Shown piece by piece: positions 40,640 to 59,292 of a DNA stretch of 64,000 nucleotides (its first letter is position 1; every line of letters starts with the position of its first letter). The DNA is from the human T2T-CHM13v2.0 reference genome, Homo sapiens, in assembly GCF_009914755.1 (NCBI RefSeq), contig NC_060938.1; one strand, given 5' to 3'. The translations under genes were made by a program, and so were the position numbers. The notes under the pieces are model-generated. The model made no database searches and was not told the DNA's origin. It saw nothing but the letters and a program-made list of their open reading frames with translations.

Positions 40640-41400
40640 CCTGGCCCAGCCCATTCCGCGAGCCAGCAAGCTTCTGAAAAGCAAACCTAGGAAGTTGCTT
40701 TCCAACATAAAGTGGAGGTTTCAACACAGGAGACTTTAAGCAAGTTCCAGTGTGTCTATATTTGGTCTGGCTGATCGGCTGGACTCTGGCCTTCCCCGCT
40801 CACATTAGCAGACAGCTCTGCCCTAGTGGGCGTTTAGCCTGCGACGGCAGCCCGAGAGGAAGAGTTGGGCAGAGTTGCAGGGGTCTCCACAGCTGAGGCA
40901 GTTTGGCCGGATTATTTGGGTTCCTGCTCGGATGGCGGCGACGCTGATCCTGGAGCCCGCGGGCCGCTGCTGCTGGGACGAACCGGTGCGAATCGCCGTG
41001 CGCGGCCTAGCCCCGGAGCAGCCGGTCACGCTGCGCGCGTCCCTGCGCGACGAGAAGGGCGCGCTTTTCCAGGCCCACGCGCGCTACCGCGCCGACACCC
41101 TTGGCGAGCTGGACCTGGAGCGCGCGCCCGCGCTGGGCGGCAGCTTCGCGGGGCTTGAGCCCATGGGGCTGCTCTGGGCCTTGGAGCCCGAGAAACCCTT
41201 GGTGCGGCTGGTGAAGCGCGACGTGCGAACGCCCTTGGCCGTGGAGCTGGAGGTGCTGGATGGCCACGACCCCGACCCCGGGCGGCTGCTGTGCCGGGTG
41301 CGGCACGAGCGCTACTTCCTCCCGCCCGGGGTGCGGCGCGAGCCGGTGCGCGCGGGCCGGGTGCGAGGCACGCTCTTCCTGCCGCCAGGTGACTCACCTC
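40640..41400 (+). promoter_or_regulatory. ACOT1 promoter and CpG island
   Basis: Very CpG-rich across 40820-41400; TATA-like TATATTT at about 40757; DR1-like TGGACTCTGGCCT at 40780-40792. Confidence 0.7.
40932..41388 (+). CDS. ACOT1: Acyl-CoA thioesterase 1, exon 1
   Basis: [26 protein letters not shown]... type-I ACOT/BAAT N-terminal domain; 457 nt; CCAG|gtgact donor; no open mitochondrial leader; recalled ACOT1-type residues ([14 protein letters not shown]). Confidence 0.95.
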
Positions 41401-41960
41401 CGCTAATTGTTCCCCTCTGCCCATCCCTGTTCCTGCGCTTTCCACTGTGTGTGTGTGTGTGTCCCCTTCGCCCCGCCCCGCTCTTTTCGCTTGTGTGTGT
41501 GTCCCTCCTCCCGCCCCACCACCACCACCCCGGGCTATGTTGCCCAGGTAGGTCTTGAACTCCTGGACCCAAGCTATCCTCCCGCCTCTGCCTCCCCAAG
41601 AGCTAGGATTGCAGGGTGAGCCACTGCGCCCGGCCCTTTGAGGGGAGTTACACTTATTTTTTTATTTTTATTTTTTTTCGTCCCTGCGCTTTTCATACGG
41701 AGAAAGGATGTAGCTTCCAACATTCCGGAGGTTAGTGTAAGGAGACAGGAATGGAATGGAAAGTTGGTTGGGGAATTGCCCCTGCCGCTCCAAAACTGAG
41801 AGGTCCCTCAAACCTAGTGCTCAGTTAAAAGACATTGTAAGGGCTGGGCGCGCTGGCTCACGCCTGTAATCCCAGCACTTTGAGAAGCCGAGGCGGGCGG
41901 ATCACGACGTCAGGAGATCAAGGCCATCCTGGCTAACACGGTGAAAACTCGTCTCTACTA

Positions 41961-42546
<586 letters not shown>

Positions 42547-42569
42547 TTATGTATGGACCAGGAAGTCAC

Positions 42570-43330
<761 letters not shown>

Positions 43331-43479
43331 TATGGGGCCCAGAAATGTTCTTTAAAAGTTTCTCATTTTTGCAACTTTTCTTTCAATTCACACAGTATGT
43401 TAAGGTTTATGTAAATTAGCATTTACAATAGGAAAGCCTCTTCCTGTCAAATGGAAATTTGAGGTTACTGGATACTTTT

Positions 43480-44240
43480 ATATTACATAAAGAGCAATCA
43501 GCCAGTGTAGAAATGATGCTTATCCTTATTAATAATCAAAGAAATGCAAAATAAAACAACAGAGTACATTTCACACCCTCAGAAGTGGCCCACTTTTAGA
43601 AGCTAGCATTATCAATTGCTGACCAGTATGTGGAGGAAATGAAACTCACTGCTAGAAGGAGTCAACATATTCATCTGCTCTGGGCAACAATTTGTCTTAA
43701 CTTACAAAGTTAAATATGTTATTCTACTTGTACATGTGCACCAGGAGGCATATTCCTTATAAGAGGAAAGCCATTGCAGATGAGCAGTCTGGATTAATTT
43801 AAAAAAAGAGCAAAGTCAACTGGAAACAGTCCAAATGTCCATCAACAATAGAACAGATTAATAAATTGAGGTATATTTCCAGCAGTCAAAGTGATTGAAC
43901 TACAGCTAGAAGAATCAACATCTATCAAGATATACAAAAGAAAAGAAAAAAATAAAAAAGAATCAACATGGATGAATCTCCAAACCACTGTTGAGTGAAA
44001 CAGTCAAACACTAGGAGAACACATTCAGTATCATTCCATTTAGATACAGTTCAAAAAATAGGCAAAATAAAATATTGTTTAAGGTACATAATCTAAGTGG
44101 TAATACTATGAAGAAAACCAAGAGTGATACACAGAAAGTCCAGGATACTGGAAAGAGAGGAAAGGGCACAGGGGTCTGTGGGACGTTGATGGTTTGCGGG
44201 TATCAGCACTGAACTATGTCTTAAAAGTGTTGCCTGTAAG
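43480..44240 (+). mobile_element. Ancient L1ME-like 3' fragment in ACOT1 intron 1
   Basis: aatcaaagaaatgcaaaataaaac..., aactggaaacagtccaaatgtccatcaacaatagaa. Confidence 0.65.
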
Positions 44241-44273
44241 GTGTTTGCATTCTTTTTTTTTTTTTTTTTTTGA

Positions 44274-44576
<303 letters not shown>

Positions 44577-45002
44577 TGAAACACAAAACCTTTAATGTAA
44601 ATGATAAAAATATTCAGTAAGTGGAGTCATTCAGAATGAGTAGCCTTTTGAGTCTGTCTCCATTGAATAAGTGCATTCTGTTGAGTGCACTGGAGAGGAA
44701 TTTGTGCTCTTCTATGTAGCAGTCTTTCTTTTTGTTTCTTGGTGGTGCACCATTAAATGGATTCATTCACCAGTTAAAGGACATTTGGGTTGTTTCCAGT
44801 CTTTGGCTACAATGAATAAAGTCACTATAAACACTTGCCAGAAGTTTCTGGACGAACACAGGTTTTCATTTCTCGTGGGTAGATACCTAGGAGTGGGATT
44901 GCTGGGTCACATGTGTGGTAAGTATATGTTTAACTTGGTAAGAAACCATCCAACTGTTTCAGGAATAGCTTAGTTTTGCATTTTGTTTTGTTTCTTCCCA
45001 AG

Positions 45003-45205
45003 AACCTGGGCCCTTTCCTGGCATTGTGGACATGTTCGGAACTGGAGGTGGCCTGCTGGAGTATCGGGCTAGTCTGCTGGCTGGGAAGGGTTTTGCTGTG
45101 ATGGCTCTGGCTTACTATAACTATGAAGACCTCCCCAAGACCATGGAGACGCTCCATCTGGAGTACTTTGAAGAAGCTGTGAACTACTTGCTCAGTCATC
45201 CTGAG
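45003..45205 (+). CDS. ACOT1: ACOT1 exon 2
   Basis: [31 protein letters not shown]...[12 protein letters not shown]; 203 nt; AG/GT boundaries. Confidence 0.95.
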
Positions 45206-45345
45206 GTGAGTTCTTCTCTCAGATTTATGGGCTATGATGTATCAGGTCTCTTCTTAAATGGTCTGGGTTTTCACAGAAGTTAGCTCATTCATGACAGCCA
45301 TTCCCTACCCCAACACACACTACCTTTTTTAGTCACTTCTTATAG

Positions 45346-45645
<300 letters not shown>

Positions 45646-45648
45646 TGA

Positions 45649-45853
<205 letters not shown>

Positions 45854-45891
45854 TAGTAAAGATATTTGTAGTTGGTATTATGCAATTTTAA

Positions 45892-46038
<147 letters not shown>

Positions 46039-46559
46039 TGAGTAGCTGGGACTACAGGCGCATGCCACTTCTGCCTGGCTAATTTTTGTATTTTTAGTAG
46101 AGACAGGGTTTCACCATATTGGCCAGGCTGGTCTCGAACTCCTGACCTCAAATGATCCACCCGCCTCAGCCTCCCAAACTGTTGGGATTACAGGCGTCAG
46201 CCACCACGCCCGGCCATGAGATGACGTACTTGTTGATGACGACTCAGTTTAGTTATGACAGTGGGAATGGGTGGCTCAGGTGGGAGACAGAAAAAGATCA
46301 TGGGAGATAATGAGATTAAGGAACTGAGAAACCAGAGTAATTGATAGATCTTCCACATGGTTATCACCAAGAGTGGTGATGGACAAATTGTGGAAAGGAA
46401 GAGATAGAGGGGAGGTAAATTCCCAAAGCTGCAAATCTGGGTAAATGGTAGAACCCAGATTCAGACTCAGGTTCAACTAACTTCCAGGGTGGGCACAACT
46501 CACCATATTCCACTGTTTGTGGAGCCATTCTTCTTCTTTTTCCTTTGTCCCTTTCTCAG

Positions 46560-47165
46560 GTAAAAGGTCCAGGAGTTGGGCTGCTTGGAATTTCCAAAGG
46601 GGGTGAGCTCTGCCTTTCCATGGCCTCTTTCCTGAAGGGCATCACGGCTGCTGTCGTCATCAACGGCTCTGTGGCCAATGTTGGGGGAACCTTACGCTAC
46701 AAGGGCGAGACCCTGCCCCCTGTGGGCGTCAACAGAAATCGCATCAAGGTGACCAAAGATGGCTATGCAGACATTGTGGATGTCCTGAACAGCCCTTTGG
46801 AAGGACCTGACCAGAAGAGCTTCATTCCTGTGGAAAGGGCAGAGAGCACCTTCCTGTTCCTGGTAGGTCAGGATGACCACAACTGGAAGAGTGAGTTCTA
46901 TGCTAATGAGGCCTGTAAACGCTTGCAGGCCCATGGGAGGAGAAAGCCCCAGATCATCTGTTACCCAGAGACAGGGCACTATATTGAGCCTCCTTACTTC
47001 CCCCTGTGTCGGGCTTCCCTGCATGCCTTGGTGGGCAGTCCTATTATCTGGGGAGGGGAGCCCAGGGCTCATGCCATGGCTCAGGTGGATGCTTGGAAAC
47101 AACTCCAGACTTTCTTCCACAAACACTTGGGTGGCCACGAGGGGACAATCCCATCAAAAGTGTAA
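46560..47165 (+). CDS. ACOT1: ACOT1 exon 3 (alpha/beta-hydrolase catalytic domain)
   Basis: GISKG nucleophile elbow, QDDHN Asp and ETGHY His; ends PSKV-TAA; total CDS 1266 nt = 421 aa. Confidence 0.96.
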   Translation, partial: VKGPGVGLLGISKGGELCLSMASFLKGITAAVVINGSVANVGGTLRYKGETLPPVGVNRNRIKVTKDGYADIVDVLNSPLEGPDQKSFIPVERAESTFLFLVGQDDHNWKSEFYANEACKRLQAHGRRKPQIICYPETGHYIEPPYFPLCRASLHALVGSPIIWGGEPRAHAMAQVDAWKQLQTFFHKHLGGHEGTIPSKV

Positions 47166-47284
47166 ATTTTATTTGATCATGTGGCCTCTCTGTTGCTAAT
47201 CTCTCCTGGAAACATCTGCCACATTTAGTGTGTGTATGTGTATTCATTCTTTCTCATAACTTCTTAAAGTTTCTTCCCCTCATT

Positions 47285-47290
47285 ATTAAA
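47285..47290 (+). terminator. Probable ACOT1 polyadenylation signal ATTAAA
   Basis: ATTAAA 120 nt after the stop, followed by U-rich sequence. Confidence 0.55.
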
Positions 47291-47697
47291 ATGAATTTAC
47301 CAGTAAGAATGAGTTTTTAAGATTTTTATAAACTGTATACTTTATCAGTTTGGGAAGGGAGTAACTGTAGGAAACACAAGAAGTGGAAAAAGTCTCCTCT
47401 TCCTATCTCAACACACAACTGATAAGGCTTTAGTTCTGAAAGGAAAAGTGAGTAACATCAATTAACAGTGTCTGGTACGTAAATGGAGTTCAATAATTAT
47501 TTGCTGAATGAGTATAAGTGAGCCAGGCGTGGTGGCTCACACCTGTAATCCTAGCACTTTGGGAGGCCAAGGTGCGCGGATTACTTGAGGTCAGGAGTTT
47601 GAGACCAGCCTGGCCAACATGGTGAAACCCCATCTCTACTAAAAATACAAAAAATTAGCCGGGCGTGGTGGCGCATGCCTGTAGTCCCAGCTACTCA

Positions 47698-47820
<123 letters not shown>

Positions 47821-48070
47821 TTAAATAAATAAATGATTACCTACTGTGGAAGAAAAGCACATAATATAAAAAGTATATCAGATTTGAGTTTCTCCTTTAA
47901 GAATGGAAGTTAACATCTTGCCTATAAACTGATTACTAGTTAGATATAAAACTACTAAAACTTTTCAAAACCAATACATATTTAGTTCTTTGATATCTTC
48001 TCCTTGGATTAATAAGGATTCTCCTAGTGCAAATAAATTTTATGTTCCTGTTTATACATATGGACCTTTA

Positions 48071-48433
<363 letters not shown>

Positions 48434-48553
48434 TCAAAAAAAAAATAAAGAAAAAGAAAGACAATATTTATATCACTTGATATAAATAGTTACACAATAA
48501 ACTTGATTTTTTCTTAAACCTTAGTTGTATTTAAAAGAAAAAAAAAACCTTAA

Positions 48554-48700
<147 letters not shown>

Positions 48701-49513
48701 TGAGACCACACAGGCACACACCACCATGCCTGGCTAATTTTTAATTTTTTGTACAGATGGGGTCTCCCAATGTTGCCCAGGCTAGTCCTGAATTACTGAG
48801 CTCAAACAATCCTCCTGCCTCAGCCTCCCAAAGTGCTGAAATTACAGGTGTGAGCCACCGCTGCCAGCTTCCGGCACCTTTTTTCTAAAGGAATTCATGG
48901 TTTTGTAGCAGTAGAATATAACCAGATCTACAGTAGAGAGATGATACCCTGAGATGAAGCTACCTCCTGTGTTACTCTGCAACCCAGGAATGCAGCTGGT
49001 GCCATGTCTCCAAACTTCCACAAGAATGCCAGTGCTGGGCATGGAGCCCCATTTAGAGTACACATGACCTGAGGCTCTGAAAACTCTTAGAGATGATGCA
49101 ATCTGGGACAGTTGCTCATAGCTGGCCTGGCCAAGTCCCACCCCAAGATGCCAGGCCACAACACAAAATTTCAAGTCATATTGTTTTATCTTTTCCCTTG
49201 CAATTATATAGTATATGACTCTCTTAGAAAAGTGCAATAGTTAAAACTTGTTTTAGTAGATGCTAGATCCCAAACTTGAGTCTGCTGAAGCCCTTTTGAG
49301 ACCTTAGGGACCCTATTCTCCATTCTTAGAAATTCAGGCTGGTGAATATTAGATTCAAAAGCACCACAGATGAGCCGGTGGTTGTAGAAGTACATGCCTG
49401 TAATCCCAGCTACTTGGAGGCTGAGGCAGTAGTAGTATTGCTTAAGCCCAGGAGTTCAAGCCAGCCTGGGTAACATAGTGGGACACCATCTTATAAAAAC
49501 AATTTTTTTTTGA

Positions 49514-49717
<204 letters not shown>

Positions 49718-51175
49718 TGACCTCAGGTGATACACCCGGCTTGGCCTCCCAAAGTGCCAGGATTATAGGCGTGAGCCACCGCACTTGGCAAAAAAATGTT
49801 TTAATAACATGAAAAATTTTAAAAAGCACCACAAGGGTTCAGATTACCTATCAGCCTCTTGACATTTCGTATTTTTTTTTTTTTTTTGAGACGAGATCTA
49901 ACTCTCACCCAGGCTAGAGTGCAGTGGCAGTAACATGATCTCAGCTCACTACAGTCTTGATCTCCAAGGCTCAAGTGATCCTCCCACCTCAGCCCCCTGA
50001 GTAGCTGGGACTGCAGACACATGTCACCATGGACAGCTAATTTTTGTATTTTTGCAGAGACAAGGTTTCACCATGTTGTCCAGGCTGGTCTCAAAACTCC
50101 TGGGCTCAAGCAGTCTGTCCATCTTGGCCTACCAAACTGCTTGGATTATAGGCATGAGCAACCGGGCCCAGCCTAGTTAGTCTTTATTAGTTATTTGAAA
50201 GACATTTTTCTTTTCACTTTCAACCCATGCACACTGTGAACACTGTGAAATACACAGAAAAGTTCATTAAACTAACATGCTCCATAATGATTCACTTATT
50301 TATTTGAAAACAGAGGTTGGGTGCAGTGGCTTATGCCTGTAATCCCAGCACTTTGGGAGGCCGAGGCGGGCAGATCACCTGAGGTCAGGAGTTCTAGACC
50401 AGCCTGACCAATATGATGAAACCCTGTCTCTACTAAAAATACAAAAATTAGCCAGGTGTGGTGGCATGTGCCTGTAATCCCAGCTACTTGGGAGGCTGAG
50501 ACAGGAGAATAGCTTGAACAAGGAGGCGGAGGTTACAGTGAGCCAAGATCACGCCACTGTACTCCAGCCTAGGCAACAAGAGCAAAACTCCGTCTCAAAA
50601 AAAGAAAAAAGACCCGGTGCGGTGGCTTACGCCTGTAATCCCAGCCCTTTGAGAGGCCGAGGTGAGTGGATCATGAGGTCAGGAGCTTGAGACCAGCCAG
50701 GCCAACATGGTAAAACGCCATCTCTACTGAAAATACAAGTATTAGCCGGGCGTGGTGCTGGGCGCCTGTAATCCCAGCTACTCCGGAGGCTGTGGCAGGA
50801 GAATCACTTGAAACCGGAAGGCGGAGGTTGCAGAGAGCCAAGATCGTGCCACTGCACGCCAGCCTGGGCAAAAGGGCAAAACGCTGTCTCAAAAACAAAA
50901 TAGAGATGGGGTCTCCCTATGTTGCCCATGCTGGTCTTAAACTCCTGGGCTCAGGCAATCTTCCCACCTTGGCATCTCCCAAAGTGCTGGGATTACAGGC
51001 AATCACCACTGCACCTGGCCATCATGAATAATTTTAAAGGGAACCACAACATAACCAATACCCAAGTCCAATCGGCATGGTTTTTAAAAGCATATTTAAA
51101 GTGTATAACATGGACCAGGCACAGTAGCTCACGCCTGTAATCCCATCACTTTGGGAGGCCAAGGTGGGTGGATCA

Positions 51176-51508
<333 letters not shown>

Positions 51509-51683
51509 TCATTGTAGCCTCAAACTCCTGGGGGCCCAACCCATCCTCCCACTTCAGCCTCCTGAGTAGCTGAGACTATAGGCACTTGCCACCATGCCCA
51601 GCTAATTTTTAATTTTTTGCAGAAACAGGGTCTTATTATGTTGCCCAGGCTGGTCTCGAACTCCTGGCCTCAGGTGAGCCTCC

Positions 51684-52285
51684 TGTAATCAGTAGAAGGG
51701 TCCAGCTGCCAGCCACTTGTAAAAAGAAGCCAATATAATAAGAGTGAGGTGTGATAAAGAGAGTGAGTTTTATTATCCATGCTAGCAAGGGGAGAAGTGA
51801 GTGTAGTTATTTGCAAATATTTCCACTCTTCAATTTGTGGAGGGAATCCAGGAGCTTTTGAAGAGAGAGTTTGGAGTGCAGAAGAGGCAGCGGAACTAGG
51901 AGTTGTCGGGTGGCGTGACCTGCTCCACTGGCTTGTTTTGAAGTATTGTTTCATCTGGTGAAGGAGCCAGTGCCATCATTGTGGCTAGAGGTGTCTGGTC
52001 CATATCCAGATCCAGTCCCTGAAGCTGAAGGAAATATATGACCAGGTAATGGTGTGTACTTAACAAGCATCTAGGTAAATACATGTGCATAAGGCACGGA
52101 AGCACAGAATGGGAAAAGAAAGGGCGTGGAGGTTCAGCACATTCTGAGGGTGTATTTCAAGATGAAAGGAAACTCATATGCAGATGGTCTCAGAGTTCTA
52201 TCTTGAGACTCACTGGGGGAGGAGAAAGGGGAAAGGAAAAAAAGTCTTAAGGTTTGAGGCTAAGCTGCTAACCTGCTTAGTTACA
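51684..52285 (-). mobile_element. Solo ERV LTR inserted into an old Alu; TSD CTCC
   Basis: TGTAA...TTACA termini; CTCC at 51680-83 and 52286-89; the Alu resumes in register (ctcccaccttggcct). Confidence 0.8.
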
Positions 52286-52489
52286 CTCCCACCTTGGCCT
52301 CTCAAAGTGCTGGGATTATAGGCATGAACCACTGTGCCAACCCAACATGGTGTTTTGATATGTGTATATTAACACACTGTGAAAGGATTCACAGGTAATT
52401 AACCAGGTAATTCCAGGTAATTAACCTATCCATCGCCTCACATCTTTCTCTCTCTCTCTCTTTTTTTTTTTTCTGGTGGTGAGGACACT

Positions 52490-52760
52490 TGTCTTAGTCT
52501 GTTCAACTGCAGTAACAAAATGTCTTATACCGGGTAATTTATAAACAACAGAAATGTATTGCTCACAGTTTTGGAGGCTAGGAAATCCAAGATCAAGGCA
52601 CCAGCAGATCTGGTGTCTGCTGAGGGCCTGTTCCTCATAGATAGCACCATCTTGTGTCCTACCTAGTGGAAAGAGCAAGGCAGCTCTCTTCAACCTGTTT
52701 TATAAGGGCACCAATCCCATTAATGAGGGTTCCACCCTCATGACAGTCACTTCCCAAATG
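52490..52760 (-). mobile_element. MaLR (MST/MLT1) LTR fragment
   Basis: tgtcttagtctg...aaacaacagaaatgtattgctcacagttttggaggctaggaaatccaagatcaagg. Confidence 0.75.
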
Positions 52761-53447
52761 CCTCGTGATGTGTGTGTGTGTCTGTGTGTGTGTGTATCTC
52801 AGGGGCGTCAGGCCTCAATTTCCTCATCTATACAATGGGTATAACAACAATCCCATCTTGTTGGGAGGAATTAACAATCATGCATCGAGCCCTGGGCCTC
52901 AGGCTTCAATGTATTAGTTATTAGAGCTAATCATTATTTAATGTTTTAAACACCCCCAGGAAGTAGAGAACATTCCTGTCACATTCTGCAGAAAAAGAAA
53001 TTGAGGCAAGGGGCAAAGCCATTTGCCAAGGTCATAGATCCTGCAAGCCAATGGCAAGGCAGGATCTGAACCTGGGGCTTCAGATCCTGGGGCTTTACCT
53101 GATTAAATACCAAGAGAGAGTGCTGAGATTTTTTTGGTGGTGGACAGTCCCTGAGGCAAGCCATTTTTAGAGCATCTGGGCCACTTGGGGAATTGAATCT
53201 TTACCAGGGCTTCCCACCTCCTGTTGCCCCTTCTCTGAAGGTGACCCCCCTCCCACAGTAGCACCCCAACCACTCAGAACCCCCAAGCCACCTTCTTTGC
53301 ACATGCTGAAGCTAATATTGCCCTCCACTCCACCCCAACATCAGGGACCCTGGCCCAAGCCCTTCCCTGGGAGCCCTTCCTCCTCTCATGAGGCCTCCTT
53401 CCCAGCCCCTCAGAACAGCCTCCTTTATGAGAGTGGCCAAGATCCCA

Positions 53448-55906
<2,459 letters not shown>

Positions 55907-56655
55907 AGCAGAGTGGGCATTCTGCAGCCTCTTCCTTGCCCGGGGCCTGTTGGGAGCCCCCAGCACTGCCTGTACCATCATAAACCCACCCTGGCCCCTT
56001 TCCCAGGCTCCAAGCTCAGAGGAGGCAGAGGCTTCATTCTAAACTACAGCATCCCCTCCCTAATCCTCATTTGCCTTCTCCTTCTGAGCTTGGGCCCCAT
56101 TTTTTGAGACCCTACCAGCCCCCATTCCCACAATCCCCTGTGCCGACACAAATCAACCTCCCCATGTCCCAACCACTGTCAACCCCAACTTAGACCAGTG
56201 CATCCCACAGCTATTCTAGCACCCCATAAACACTCCAGTGTCCCCCACTTCCTGATCCCACAACACCTTGGGCCCTCCAGATAACCCGCTGCTCCAGCCT
56301 GGCAGTTTGTCAACCCCCTCACCCAGACCCCCAACACCTCATGCCTGTCTTATGCCATGAGTCTGAGGCCCCTGACCCCTACACCTCTTGGGTGCCACCC
56401 AGGCCTGTCTGTGTGGGCAGCTCCCCCACCAGCTCCCTTCCATCCCCCATGGGTCCTATCCAGGGTTTCCCCGACCCAAGCACACACTATTCGGCATTCC
56501 TGACTCCCACTGTTCCTGGCTCACGGCCTGGCCACCTTGTCTCGCTCATCTGCCATAGCCCCTGCCTGGCCCAGCAGGACAGGCCTAGGTCAGGGCAAGG
56601 ACAGGTCAGCACCAGGGCTGGTGCCCCACCCCGAAGGACACAAGCCTCCTGCTCA

Positions 56656-56871
<216 letters not shown>

Positions 56872-57169
56872 TTAGCTGGGCTTGGTAGCACTCGCCTGTA
56901 ATCCCAGCTACGGGGGAGGCTGAGGCAGGAGAATCACTTGGAACCCAGAAGGTAGAGGTCCAGTGAGCCGGGATCGCGCCACTGCACTCCAGCCTAGGCA
57001 ACTGAACAGGACTAGATCTCCAAAAAAAATTAAAATAAAAAAGTATTATCACATTGGGTATTAGGTTTGTTAAATAAAAATTATTGCTGTGGAGGATACA
57101 CTTGAAGGGAATGAAAAAAAGTATAGGAGACTATTGTTTTGCTTTTTTTTTGTTTTGTTTTTGAGATAG

Positions 57170-57295
<126 letters not shown>

Positions 57296-57780
57296 TAGCA
57301 TGCCCCGCTAAGGCCATTGTTTTGGACTAGGCTCTAGCACTAGGCCCCAATAGACAAGACTAAAAACCAAAATGGCGTCACCTGTGCTAAAGTTTCACCC
57401 AACCTAAACTGAAGTGTTACCTGGCCTTCTGAGAAATCAGGAGAGAAATAACAGCCAATTTCCCAAACATGCCAGTTTTGATCTTTAATTATCATGACAA
57501 TGAGGTTCCCCTCTGCTTTAATCTGTACACAAAAGAATTAGCCAGCTGGGCATGGTGGCTTACTCATGTAATCACGGCACTTCGGGAGCCCAAGGCAGGC
57601 AGATCACTAGAGACCAGGAGTTGGAGACCAGCCTGCCCAACATGGTAAAACCCTGTTTCTATGAAAAATAAAAAAAATTAGCAGGCATGGTGGTGGGGGC
57701 CTGTAATCCCAGCTACTCAGGAGACAGAGGCAGGAGAAGCGCTTGAACCAGAGAGGCAGTGGTTGCAGTGAGCCGAGATA

Positions 57781-58566
57781 TTGGATTAGGCAGTCAAAAA
57801 AACCAAGCAAGCATAAAAGGTCAATAAGTTGTAATCTTGATAGTAAAAGTGGAAAACTTATTATAAATGGAAAGAAAGTTTTGATTTCCTTTTTTGTTTG
57901 ATGGGCAGTATGCCATATTATACCCAAAGTTCGTTTAAAAAATATTTCCATCAACTATTTTTATTTGAAATAAATATTTGAGGTAAGTTACCAAGGCAGC
58001 TTTTTTCCTCAAAAGTAACCTGTTCCTCTTTGGAATAGCACATTTTAGGGGCATGGTTAATACCTGAGATTTTTACTCAGTAAATCCTGATGGTTACTAT
58101 GTGTAAAATATCTTTAAGTAGGATTGAAGGCCTCTGTGGGGAATAAAATATTACCAAAGTCTATAAAAATAAATTTTACATGTTCTCCTTTATGACAGAG
58201 AGCAGCACTGGTTCTGCTACTTTTAAAATGAATAATTGATTTCTTGATAGGTGTTTGATATTTCTTCCCTCACTGCTGATTCTTAGATAGAAACCATTCT
58301 TTATATTTGATAGACTGTTTTCAGAAAACCCTTATCAACAAGTGTACAATACTTATCTGAAACTATACGTTTAGAATGGAGCAGTTTAATACTAGATCTC
58401 AGAAATTTGAAAAATAGCAAAGAAGACTGGATTTGGAAAGCATGGTCTACAATTGCTTGTCAAATTCTGAAGCTATGAAGAATAAATGTTTCAACTTTGG
58501 ATTATGAAACCCCATTTATGATTTTTTAAATAAACTTGAAATAAAAATGATTAAACTAAAAAAAAA
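57781..58566 (+). pseudogene. 5'-truncated retrocopy of an mRNA 3'UTR with poly(A) tail (resembles the HNRNPA3 3'UTR from recall)
   Basis: AT-rich non-repeat sequence ending AATAAA...ATTAAA-ct-A(9), directly followed by L1 sequence; parent gene not verified. Confidence 0.6.
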
Positions 58567-59010
58567 GAATGTAGAGGGAGAGATCAATGTAAAAATTTAT
58601 TTAAAGAAATAGTAACAGAGAACTTTCTAAAACTAGAGAAAGATATGAATATACAGGTATAAGAAGGTCATAAAACACCAAGCCAACTCAGCCTCAATAA
58701 GACTACCTCAAGGCATATAATAATCAAACTCTCAAAGGTCAAGGCTAAAAAAGGATCCTAAAAGCAGCAAGAGAAAAGAAGGACATATTAATAACATCAT
58801 AAAGGAGCTCCAATATGGCTGGTAGCAGACTTCTCAGCAGAAACTTTACAAGCAGAGAGTGGGGTGACAAAGTGCTGAAGCAAAAAAACTTCCAATCTAG
58901 AATATTATATTCAGCAAAAACAGCCTTCAAACATGAAAGAGAAATAAGGATATTCTTAGTTAAAAAAAAAAAAGTGAGAGATTTTGACATCAGACCTGTC
59001 TTATAAGATT
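58567..59010 (+). mobile_element. Old L1 (L1MA-like) ORF1 3' part
   Basis: aacagagaactttctaaaactagagaaagatatg...gactacctcaaggcatataataatcaaactc...ggatcctaaaagcagcaagagaaaag. Confidence 0.8.
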
Positions 59011-59292
59011 CTTGTTAAGAGGAGTTCCTCACTGGTTGAGTATGAATGGTCAAATGAAAAGAACATTAATATTCTCCTGCCTTGCATATTCTTCTAAAAC
59101 ATTTTACATTCCTAACACATCAGTGTGTCCACATCTTGCTTCTAAGGCAGGGGGCAATTTGATCCTAAACAGTTGAAAAATGGGATGAGGACTCATTTCA
59201 TCCCCAGATGACTACCTATAAGGAGTGATTGGCTAGGTGGGTGGCTCACGCCTGTAATCCCAGCACTTTGGGAGGCTGAGGCGGGTGGATCA

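Noticed and set aside
40823-41599. Overlapping antisense and alternate-frame ORFs across ACOT1 exon 1
   Set aside because: Expected from stop-codon scarcity in a GC-rich CpG island.
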